A program made the position numbers and the translations under genes. From Macrostomum lignano (lineage: Eukaryota): a DNA stretch of 64,000 bases. Below the pieces are notes generated by a model. That model did not search any database, had not been told where the DNA came from, and saw only the letters and a program-made list of their open reading frames with translations. Shown piece after piece: positions 35,501 through 47,700 of the stretch (position 1 is its first letter; the number at the start of each line of letters is the position of its first letter). The DNA lies in contig NIVC01001284.1 of the NCBI GenBank assembly GCA_002269645.1, positions 1 through 64,000 of the forward strand, given 5' to 3'.

Positions 35501-35759
35501 ACCGAAATTGAGGCCAGCGTCAGACTTGCATATGTTTTCATTGACCATTACCAGCCTCACCTGGGTTTGTTAAGATGACGCGCAAACGAATTGACTCTAT
35601 AAATTATTGGCACCTGTGAGCAATTTTTTTATTATTAGAATAATTTTTAGAAATCGCATCACTAATAAGGTGTTGCGTAAAAGTACTACAGAAATAGACC
35701 CAGAAGATAAAATCTAAATAATAAAAGTTAGCAACTGCACAGGCAATATGCATGTATTT

Positions 35760-38700
35760 TCAGCAGTTTCGGAATTTTGGAGGAATGTAGTCCAAGCCAA
35801 GGTGTTGAAAGATCTCCTCTTCTGAACTGGCCGGCAGGGACGCCTCCTGTAATGTCACAGATGTTAATTAATATTTAATATTATACACATCCGCTTCAAT
35901 GTATGCCAACTCCTTAATCTATCGCTAACTCTGCCTCTCCCTTACTACATTCATCTCTGCCAATCCCCTTATCTCTGCTACTCCTCCCTTCATCTCTGCT
36001 ACCCCTCCCGTCATCTCTGCTACCCCTCCCGTCATCTCTGCTACCCCTCCCTTCATCTCTGTTACTTCTCCCTTCATCTCTCCTACCCCTCCCTTCATCT
36101 CTGCTACCCTCCCTTCATCTCTGCTACTCCTTCCTTTATCTCTGCTACTCCTTTCTTCATTTCTGCTACCCCTCCCCTCATCTCTGCTACTCCTCAATTC
36201 ATCTTTGCTACCCTCCCTTCATCTCTGCTACCCTCCCTTCATCTCTGCTACTCCTTCCTTCATCTCTCCTACTCCTCCCGTCATCTCTGCTACTCCTTCC
36301 TTCATCTCTGCTACTCCTTTCTTCATCTCTGCTACCCCTCCCTTCATCTCTGCTACCCCTCCCTTCATCTCTGCTACCCCTCCCTTCATCTCTGCTACCC
36401 CTCCCTTCATCTCTGCTACCCCTCCCTTCATCTCTGCTACCCTCCCTTCATCTCTGCTACTCCTTCCTTCATCTCTCCTACTCCTCCCTTCATCTCTCCT
36501 ACTCCTCCCTTCATCTCTGCTACTCCTTTCTTCATCTCTGCTACCCCTCCCTTCATCTCTGCTACCCCTCCCTTCATCTCTGCTACTTCTCCCTTCATCT
36601 CTGGTACCCCTGCCTTCATCTCTGCTACCTCTCGCTTCATCTCTATCTCTCCCCTTGCATCTCTATCTCTACTCTCCCTTCATCTCTTGCAAACCTATCT
36701 CTACACTTACTTTATCTCTTGCTTCCCCACCTCTTGATCTCTGCCAATTCAATTATCTTTGAATCTCCCTCCCTCCATCTCTATTCTCTAACCTTCCCCT
36801 CATCTTTGCGACTTTCTTTGCTTCTCTATGTATCGTGCGTCTTAACAATTTCCGTCAGGTAAGACTCGATAGTTAAAGTCCCCTACAAATCTAAAAAATA
36901 CAAAAATTTGCACTACAACAGTTTATTTTTCAAAAATTCACAACGACTATGAAAATGCTAAGCCAAGACTTATCAACACCAATCTGCGAGGTTTCTTTCC
37001 ACGACTAATTCCTTTCCCACAGTAGCTTTGCCATATTTGGACTAAAACGACTAAGTTCCCCACAATACTTCGCATTAAGTTCTCTCTACCGAGAATGTTA
37101 AATATGGTCCATTCTAGCAGTTCAAAGTCTAAAAACCAATCGATTTAGTAGGATTTGCAAAGCAGGAAAAATCAATAAAGAAGCAGTTTCCTAATGCCGA
37201 GAATTCTAACATAGGTCCAAATACATGGCGTGGACGGCCGTAAACAAGAAAAGTACAAAATCTTTAGTGCGCAACAGCTGCAATTGCTTGGCACTTGAAA
37301 ATGGGGACAGACAGAAACTGAACTAAACTAAGTACAAGTACTACTCGTAAGAATTGAGGAACTTACCTGAGACTACTCACTCAATTCTTTCTGCAGTCTC
37401 CTCCATCCAAGCTGCCATCTACTCTCCCCCTTACATCTATACCCTTGTCTCCCATCTCTACCCTTTACTTAGTCCATCCTCTCTACCCTTTAGTCCATCC
37501 TCTCTACCCTTTAGTCCTTCCTCTCTACCCTTTAGTCCATCCTCTCTACCCTTTAGTCCTTCCTCTCTACCCTTTAGTCCTTCCTCTCTACCCTTTAGTC
37601 CATCCTCTCTACCCTTTAGTCCTTCCTCTCTACCCTTTAGTCCATCCTCTCTACCCTTTAGTCCATCCTCTCTACCCTTTAGTCCATCCTCTCTACCCTT
37701 TAGTTTATCCTCTCTACCCTTAAGTCCATCCTCTCTACCCAACAGTATTTCCACTCTACCCTACAGTCTTCCCAGCTCCCTACCCTACAGTCTCTTATCT
37801 CTACCCCATAGTCTCCTCTCTCTACCATATAGTCTCCTCTATCATAGAGTCGTCTCTCACTATCCTATAGTCTTCTATCTCTACCCTACAGTCGCTCCTC
37901 TCTACCTTACTGTCTCCCCTCTCTACCCTACAGAGTCTACCCTCTACCCTACAGTCTCCTCTCTACATCTCTTTATCTTTGCAGAATGTCCCCCGATCAG
38001 CCCTCCTCTACCTCCACACCTCTATTTGTCATTTACACGTAAGACAAACCTTTTGCAGATCAAAGAGGCCATGCGAAGTTAACTTCATTCGTCTCTGGCG
38101 TTGGGCAAACAGTCTCAAATCTCGGTTAAATAATCGATTCCCAGTCCAGCCAAGCAGCGCGTAAGCGTATTGCGACCGCGGCACAGCGATCAGATCGACG
38201 CGACGGGCGAGCCAGCCGCGACTAGTGGAGGCGGCGCCAGCCTAAAAATGTGCGAGAAAAATACAGCAAATAGTCCTAGCGTCTACTGCTAGTAGAACGA
38301 AAAGATAACCAAATTAAAAAACACAATTTTTTATAGTTAAACAAATTTCATGCTTGATTCCATTCCATTCTATTCCAATTGATCTGTGATTGGCTAGATA
38401 AGCAATCCATTCTATTCTAGTTGATCATATACTGGCTAGATTAGCAATCCAGCAGATCCCAGACACAGCAGAAGCCACTCACCTCACCGCCAGCCATAGC
38501 CACAGCCTCGGCAAAGCTATCAAACGCGCAATAGTTAGGCGATAGGGCTCGCCGTTTCGCTGCTGGTAGCCCCTCCGCGCCCCGCCTGTCGCAGCCATTC
38601 CCGTCGATCTTGACCATAATCGATTCGACATCGCGGTCTACAGTTGATGAATCAGCATCCTTGCTAGACAGTTTAATAACGCCTAACCATTTCTCGAAAT

Positions 38701-41700
38701 GATCCAACGTGGATCTCAACTCTTTCACTCGAAAATCTCTACTCAAAACTGACGGACTGAAGCTGTTAGCTTCAAATGTGCCGTGTATCACCATCCCGGC
38801 AGCTGTCAAAACTCTGGCCAAGTCGGACACAGCTCCAGCCTCTCTGCCTTCGACATCGTGAGTAATTAACAAGTCGCAATCGTGACCAGTTGATTTGCCT
38901 CGACTGAAACCGCCAACTAAGGTGACTGTGAATCCGGGGCCTCGTAGTTCCAGTAGCAGTTTTGCAATTAAATCGCGAAAATAGCTGGCTTCAGCAAGTG
39001 TTACGGGCTTGTTGACGAGATCGTTGTGAAAGGCTAGGCCTGTTTGAAGACGCCTGTGAAATGGAAAATACGGGAGGCTGAATAAGGTCTTTGTCAATCA
39101 AATACATGTACTGGATGAAAATGTTTGTGAATCGCAGTGTTTGTGAATCTTAGTATTTGTGAATGAATTTTACTATTTGTGAAGCTTAGTATTTGTGAAG
39201 CTACATACGTCTTCTTGAGCTATCAAAACATCATTAGACGCGTCAAACAGATTTCAACCAATCAAACGCACTCACTTGTGATCACCGCCTCCCATGGGAA
39301 GCAAAGCACCAAGTTCACTGTCTCTCTTCTGTTGTTGACCTTCGCCACACTCATGATGGCGCAACAATCGATGAGTAGCATCGGAGACCGACTTGACCCC
39401 ACAGCTGTACCATTTGTAGGCTAACGCTTGACCAACCCCATAGACGGCTGTGAGATTAGTCATGCACTGGTACAGGTCCGAGCCTGTCACAGCATCAACT
39501 TCAACTGACGCGCCCGTGTTTAACAGTTCTGTGATAATCCGAATAGCGTGATCGCCAATGTAGCGAGGACAGCTGTCGGTCAGCTGACTGATTGATAATA
39601 GCGGTTGTTGGAGACTTTTCAGACAAGCTGCGGCGCGATCGAATGCTAGGGCTTTGGCGTAGTACTGCTGGTCCTTGGTGATGCCGTACTGGTGTTCCGA
39701 GTTGCGGGCCAGGACTGACAGGGCTTGCTGCAGGGATTCAAATAGGATTTTGGGAGCTTTGGAGCTTAGGGATTAATACTTAGTGCTGGCACGGTGACTG
39801 AAGATCTGGGAGGCTGGCCCAGCAGCTGAGGATCTGGGAGACTGGCCTAGCAACTGAGGATCTGGGAGTCTGGCCTAGCAACTGAGGATCTGGGAGTCTG
39901 GCCTAGCAACTGAGGATCTGGGAGCCTGGCCTAGCAACTGAGGATCTGGGAGCCTGGTGGCCCAACAACTGAGGATCTGGGAGGCTGGTGGCTCAACAAC
40001 TGAGGATCTGGGAGCCTGGCCTAGCAACTGAGGATCTGGGAGGCTGGTGGCCCAACAACTGAGGATCTGGGAGGCTGGTGGCCCAGCAACTGAGGATCTG
40101 GGAGGCTGGCCCAGAAACTGACATTCAGGATCTGGAAGGCTGGCCCAGCAACTGAGGATCTGGGAGTCTGGCCTAGCAACTGAGGATCTGGGAGTCTTGC
40201 CTAGCAACTGAGGATCTGGGAGCCTGGCCTAGCAACTGAGGATCTGGGAGCCTGGTGGCCCAGCAACTGAGGATCTGGGAGGCTGGTGGCTCAACAACTG
40301 AGGATCTGGGAGGCTGGTGGCCCAACAACTGAGGATCTGGGAGGCTGGCCCTACAACTGACACTCTGGGAGGCTGGTCCAGCAACTGACACTCAGGATCT
40401 GGGAGGCCGGCCCAGCAACTGAGGATCTTGGAGGCTGGCCCAGAAACTGACATTCAGGATCTGGAAGGCTGGCCCAGCAACTGAGGAACTGGGAGGCTGG
40501 CCCAGCAACTGAGGATCAGGGAGGCATATAAAAAAGCGGCAAGTCTCGCAACTCATAGAAAACGAACTAACAGCAAGTGAAGCATTGTGGTGCTCCAAAG
40601 GGCAGCGCATCTGACACAGGAACTCAGTTGACAAAGCCGCAGCAGATGCTGACGAAATGTCAGTTGATGTTGCAGAATCATTTGGCAACTTTTTCTGTAA
40701 AGCGAGAGAAACGGTTTCTGGCGCTTTGAAACAGCTAAAATATCAGCTTCATATCAATAGATTGTTAGTAAAACTCATCATTACCTCAGGAGCTTTACGA
40801 CAAAGAAAGTGTTGCTTCTCTGGTGTAGTGAGAGCTTTCGCTCGAATACAATCAGACAGCCACTTAGTGCTGACAATAGCCGCATTGGATGGTAGCTCAA
40901 TGCTGGCCAGTTGAAACAAATACTCAACATCTTCGATGTAGTCGAGTTCAGTTACCAAGATCAAACTGTGGATTATGGAAATTTGAATCAAATCAATAAA
41001 TATATTATACTGCATTATACAGCTGGATTATACAGCTTAAATATAAATGTACTTTGAGCCATGTACATTCATCTCGTGCTTATCGAATATATTACTTCTT
41101 GCTTTAAACGAGTAATGTAAATGTCCACTTTTTGTGGACACTTGGGGTGCCTTTTTTAGTAAAATTCGGTTACAGATTGTGGCTACAGAAATTTTGGCTA
41201 GTGGTTGCTATGGTTACAGAATTTAAGACCATTCAAGTGAGTTTAGGAGCAATATATGCTAAGATATTAGGAAAAAACATGCACCATTTTTGCTAGTTCC
41301 TAACATATGATCCGACCTTTAGAGCTAGGATACTTGGAATGAAAACATTTTTTATCATGCAAATATGTTCATCATAAAGCTGAAAAATCTAAAACATGAC
41401 ACCAAACTCAATATTTAACATTATAACTAAAAAGTGTTTGCATAAAAATAGTAAATACTTAACTTTTATTTAAAAAGGTTGCATTCTTTAATACATTTTG
41501 GCCATTAAAAAAGTCAAAAGTGTTACTAAACAGTTGTGGTTGAGCCTATGTCATCTGCTTTTAGATTTGGTATAACAAGTGGCTTCAAATCTAGCTCCTA
41601 GCAACTACACTTGCAACAAAAAACCTTTGGCCACTGATTTACTGACTGCCCAAAATGCCTGAGCTATATGCTGCACTTCAGGAACTTTGTCAAAATCCAG

Positions 41701-44700
41701 CCAAGGGTCAAGATCTCAAAATCAATTCAACATTCTATAACAAGTTTTTAAAGCTCATAATCATTGATATTTTTATTGATTATAAATTTTAAGATCCATA
41801 TTTTTAAATCATGACCAGTTGGGTGATGTGTGCAAAGCAATAATTTCCACCTATCTAGGCCTAAAAGACAAAGGATAAATGCCAATTTCGGTGCAGCAAA
41901 ATCATGTTTATTTAAAGACCTATATACTTGCATTCTGCCGGAGGCATTGAGCCTTCTCATAGCTTGAATGTGCGAGAAGCATGGTAGCAAGTGGAAGCAC
42001 AAATTAGCAGTAGGAAACAATGACAAAGAAAACTTGTGTACCAACAAAGAGGATGCAGAAGAAGATGGCCAAAATGTGGCAAAAAGCATAATTTTCTATT
42101 CTACTAATAAGGTAGAAGTGCCTGATGAGCACAAAGCTTTTTGTCTTTGAATATAGACTTCCACTTAGAAAGCAAGAAAGCATTGAAAAGGTGCTTGAAG
42201 ATATGAAGATCATTTCCCAATGCAAATTATTTGCTGTCAAGACTTAGCATTGCCAAAGAAATCAACTTGTACCACCCACTATCAAATTCAAGTGTAATTC
42301 TTCAAGAGGCATATACCTCATGATTGAAGGCAAAGGGCTAACTATTAATCTTAACAATCCTACCAATATTTGTATGAACATTATTTGTGCCTGGATTGAT
42401 GTTTATGAGAAGTGCCAGTCTATGAAAAATTACAAGTACTATAAGGAATTCTTGTTTGAAATTGACATAGGACCTAAAAAGCTATAGGCTACTGTCATTG
42501 CATTTTATTTATAACATGTAAAAAACTAAAAGCATTTTTAGAAGCTATAAAGGTTCTTGCATACCTTTAACAATGAAACTACATCTCACAAGTACCTGCC
42601 ACTACCCTGGCTAATGCATTTCACTAATTCATTAGTTATTAGTTTTTCTCTATATTATTTGTACAATTGAAGAGCTTAAGTACTTAGTACTATGCATCTT
42701 AAAAAATAAAATCTAAGTTAGCTCTATTAATTTAGGGTTAAGGTAAGTATTCAAACAAACAAAAATTAAATAAAGCACCCCCAATGTTGTTGAGTTTAAG
42801 TAGGGGCTATTGAAGTTTTTGTTATTATTATCACATCTATATCTTAGTGGCATACTATTTTTTCCTATGTCAGTAAATTCATTATCTTATATCTGTTTGC
42901 CATGTCATTTTTCTCATGCCAGTAAATAGCAAAATGGTTAAGCTCTGTAGTACATCATGTTAATGTTCTTTGAAATATAAATTTTAAGTGACTAAATCTG
43001 CAAAAATTTGTTGAATTAAAATTAACATGTATGTGATAAATTTTCTAGTTTAAAGTCTTTTCTATTAAGCTTAACAGTGCCTAAAATATAGGTAATAATA
43101 GAATTTTGTGTCAAACTGATTTTTAAAAGCAAATGGTTAGAAAGTGGAATGAGTATCCAACTTATGAGTATATTGCGAGGGGTGTCCCAAAAGTTGGTGC
43201 ACTTTCTTCACTACAGCCTTTTCTGACTGATACTGAGGCTTCTCCACATAGTCATCACTGCACTGCACACTTCTGCCATTGGCTATGCATGTTGTCAATG
43301 TTGTCAACTAGCAAAATCTGAGCGTGGCATCTCATAAAGGAGAACTTGGCAAGTCAATGCTTCCAGGCTCTTACAACAAGCAAAGATTTGTCCATGCAGC
43401 AGCTTCTTCCTCTTTGGAAAGAAGGCAAAGTCAGCTGTTGACAAATCCAGAGTAGAGTAGCAGTGAGAGCAGCACAAAATTTGCCTACTCTATTGTGTCT
43501 TCCGTTTTCTTGGCCATGTGGGATGTGCATTGTCAACATACATAGCCGATGGCAGAAGTGTGTAGCATAGTGGTGACTATGTGGAGAAGCCTCAGGACAA
43601 TGTTGATGATTAACTTTTGACTGTTCTTTCCTCAGCTTTCATTTTGTGGATGTTTTGTTGATTCATTGAATGTTTTGTTGTTTTGTGCATCAGGTACAAA
43701 GCTTTGGTCTATGGCAATTTGTAAAAGTAGCATAGGGGGTAGGGCAGAAAAGTGCTCATATCTCAAGAATGCCAGTCAGATATAGAAATAAACAGAAAGT
43801 CATTTTAATGGGCAGATAATTCTCTTTTCAAGTGCAATAGACTTAATGTTTCTGATCAGTTAGAAAAGGCTGTAGTGAAGAAAGTGCACCAACTTTTGGG
43901 ACACCACTTGTATTTAAGCAATCTGCAACATCAGCAAATATTGAATTCAAATTGGTGATCAAATTTGGACCATTTATTTTGTACATTTGTAATACAAACC
44001 TTAAAAGGTAAAAAATTAGTATGCCGTGGACCTTCAATTTGGACTATAATGGGACCAACAATATGGATTGTAAATTTGAGACCTTTTCAATATAAACCTT
44101 ATTAAGGTCTAAAAAGTAGTATGCTGCAGACCTTCAATATAGACCTTTGTTGTACTTTTTTGTACTTTCTGGCTCTCTTTTGAGGTAAGACATTTTGCTA
44201 AAGCTTAAGATAAGAGAAGAGGGAAGAGTAGAAAGAGGAAAGGGAAAAGAGAGGGGATAGGAAGAAGATGGGAGAGAGTGGAATAAAAAGGGAAGAAGAA
44301 AGAGAGAAATAGGGAGAACTGAGAAGGAGAGAAGCAAAAAAAAGAAAAGAGAAAATAGGAAAAATGAAAGCAAAGAAAAGAAAATAGAGAGAAAAGAGAA
44401 AGAGATAAAAAGGAGGAGTGAAAAGGAGAAAGAGAGAAATAAGTCTACAAAAAAAGTGGAAAAAAGAGTGAAGAACTAAATTCAAACTTTAAAAAATCTT
44501 ATTGGAGTCCCTAGGCCTATTAGAAGGTTGGGTTAGATTAAAGTAGAAAAAGTTTAATATTATATTTAAGATTATATAGATTGATTAAAATAGAGTCTAT
44601 TTTTATATTTCCAATATTTATCCCAATAGATATATTATATTATAAGGGGCACTGCTAGGTTTTTTTGCTATTGCTAGGATGCAAAATTGTATCCAAAGTC

Positions 44701-47700
44701 TAATTTGAGGTAAAGATACAATTTTGAAAATCAGAATGCTAGGCTAGGAGCCTAGTCTCCCCTCCTAGCATATTTATTAAGACAATATCACAAATAAGCA
44801 CAATAAAATTATAATATATAGTAGGGTAGGGGTCAGATAAGATCTTGATAAATCTTATCAAGATCTTGGGGTTTTCTGAAATCTTAATCTCAATTTCAAA
44901 TCAAGTCAAGATTTGAGATAATAAAACAAATGTTTGAGAAAACATTTTGATCTATAAGAAAATGCAGCATCATAGAGCCTAATGATGTCAATTTCAATGT
45001 CAATATTTTGTTTAAATTTTGTATGTTACAAAGAATCTTAAAACTTTAATACTTCTGCAGGAATTTTTTTTCATTGTTCTTATAGTATTTGGCTCTTTGT
45101 TACATTTGGCATGATTCTAAATAATCTTTTTTATAGTGAAGTAGCCAGGGGGCTGTGCCCCCCCCCCCAATTGCCTAGGGAGGTGGGGTTGGGTGCGGTA
45201 GGTACTAAAAACCATAAGGCAATTGAGTGCCTGCAGCTCTAAAATAAGTGCTTTTAGTGCCAAAAAAGTGGCAATGGCATAACTAAGATAAGCCAATATG
45301 GCCAGCTAGGCCAAACTGACCCCCTTTCACAAATGAAATGCGCCTTTATAAATTTGTTGTTCCACTATATGTTTTGAATCTTAATGGAATCTCAAATATC
45401 TTAAAGAGGCCAATCTCAATTCTTGAAATTCTCAAAAAATGATATTGTCTAGCCCAAAGCCCTTAATATATAGCCATAGGGTTAGGATAGCCTTAGTTTA
45501 GAAGGTGACATATATGGCAAGATTTCCTAGTATAGGCCTATAACAAAGGTCTCATCATTTTTCAGTGTAAATCAAGGCATATCCTAGCAAATATGAGGCA
45601 GTGCCAGTCAGTCAGTAGATACATTGTGTGAAAGGACATATGACAAATTAATTGTATTGGCACACAAACCTAGTATACAAATGAGGTCTTGTCATTTTTC
45701 TGGCATTAAATTTGGTATACACTATTACACTAATATATAATACAAACTATGTGAGGGTTTCACGACAGATATTCAGACAGACATTCAAATGATCATCTTT
45801 AACTTTTAACAAAATTGACCCACTTCAACTATCTTTTTGACAAATACTTATACAAGTGTTGGGTATCGAATAAGCTTTAATTTATTAACTGAAGTAAAAA
45901 TCTTTCTGACATACATTGATTTAAAAATTGCTTAGCAACACTCTGATTAGACATTGCTTTACCATTGACTGAAATTGTTTTGATTGTAGCAGCCTAAAAG
46001 CAGGTACTAGATTAAAAAATGCTTTGATTTACTCTTTATGCATGTCTTAGCTTTAAAATGACATGTCAGGCGTCACAAAAGACAGCTTTGATGCTGAGAT
46101 ATTTGACACTAAACATTGCTTTGCGCGAACTCACATTCAGAAATTTCATTGATTTTTTATTGATATTTGTGCAGCTGCTGTGTCCTTGTTTTTCACTAGA
46201 ATCTTGTCAAATTCTAGTCATGTCTATACGCATGTCTCAGCTTTAAAATGACACCTCAGTCGTCGCAAAAGTCAGCTTTGATGCTGAGGTATTTGACACT
46301 AAACATTGCTTTGCGCGAATTCATATTCAGAAATTTCACTGATTTTTAAGGCAAGGTGGAATGCTTAAGGCATTTATTTTATTGATTTTATTGATCGCTT
46401 CTATTTTTAAACTGTCTTTAGTATTTTACTAGCAATTTAAGTCCCCCGTTGGGGGACGCAAGAATGACGCCAAATGGTTTTTATTTTGGCCTATGAGTAA
46501 TAACCTTACCCCCAGTAAGCCTTGACATCTCAGTGATTCCCCCAGTAAGCCTTGACATCTCAGCAATTCCCCCAAATAAGCCTTGACATCTCAGCGATAC
46601 CCCCAGTAAGCCTTGTCATCTCAGCAATTCCCCCAGTTGCCATGAATCAAAACCTTCACCAGCCAAAGTTTCTTTCATCAGCCCAAAAGCCTTTCTCATT
46701 CAGCAAATAGTACTTATCCTTTCAAGCACAAACTCTTAGTGCATATCATCATTGGCCTAGGCGTATTCTGGTCCACAGCAGGAGCTCAATATGCCATAAG
46801 CCTTGATGACATCTCATCAATTTCCCCATTAAGCCTTGACATCTCAGAAATTCCCTTAGTAGGCCTTGACATCTCACCAATTCCCCCAGTAAGCCTTGAT
46901 ATCTCAGAAATTCCTTTAGTAAGCTTTGACATCTCAGAAATTCCCATTAGTAGGCCTTGACATCTCACCAATTCCCCCAGTAGGCTTTGACATCTCAGAA
47001 ATTCCCTTAGTAGGCCTTGACATCTCAGCAATTCCCCCAGTAAGCTTTAACATCTCAGAAATCTCCCTAGTAAGCCTTGATATTGCAGCAATGCCCCCAG
47101 TAAGCCTTGACATCTCAGCAATTCCCCCCAGTAAGCCTTGACATCGCAGAAACCCCCCCCCCAATAAGCCTTGATATCGCAGCAACGCGAAGTCGAGCCT
47201 TGGCATCTACGCAATTCTCCCAGTCCATTAAGCCTTGACATCTTAGAAATCCCCTCAGTAAGCCTTGATATCGCAGCAATTAAACTCGAGCCTTGGCATC
47301 TACGCAATTCTCCCAGTCCAGTAAAGTAAGTCTTGACATCTCAGCAATTCCCCCCAGTAAGCCTTGATATCGCAGCAATACCCCCAGTAAGCCTTGACGT
47401 CTCAGCAATACCCCCAGTAAGCCTTGACATCTCAGCAATTCCCCCCAGTAAGCCTTGACATCTCAGCAATTCCCCCCAGTAAGCCAGATAAATTTGCTGC
47501 TTCAATGCAGACTCAAACTTTGCCGTCTACAACTTTCATTAATGTCAGCAAACTATAATAATTCACTCAGCAGCCTGCAGTTATCCCCTCAAAATCTTGC
47601 ACTTAATCATTCACAGTTATTATCCACTAAAACTCTGTAGATAGTTATCCCATCGGCAGTTTGCAGCTATACACTCATAAGTCTGGAGGAACTACCTTAG

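Noticed and set aside
36205-38082. Repeat-protein ORFs (PPFISAT, AEMKGGV, SPSSLPF, GREDGLK)
   Set aside because: 21-bp intronic minisatellites within the polymerase gene.
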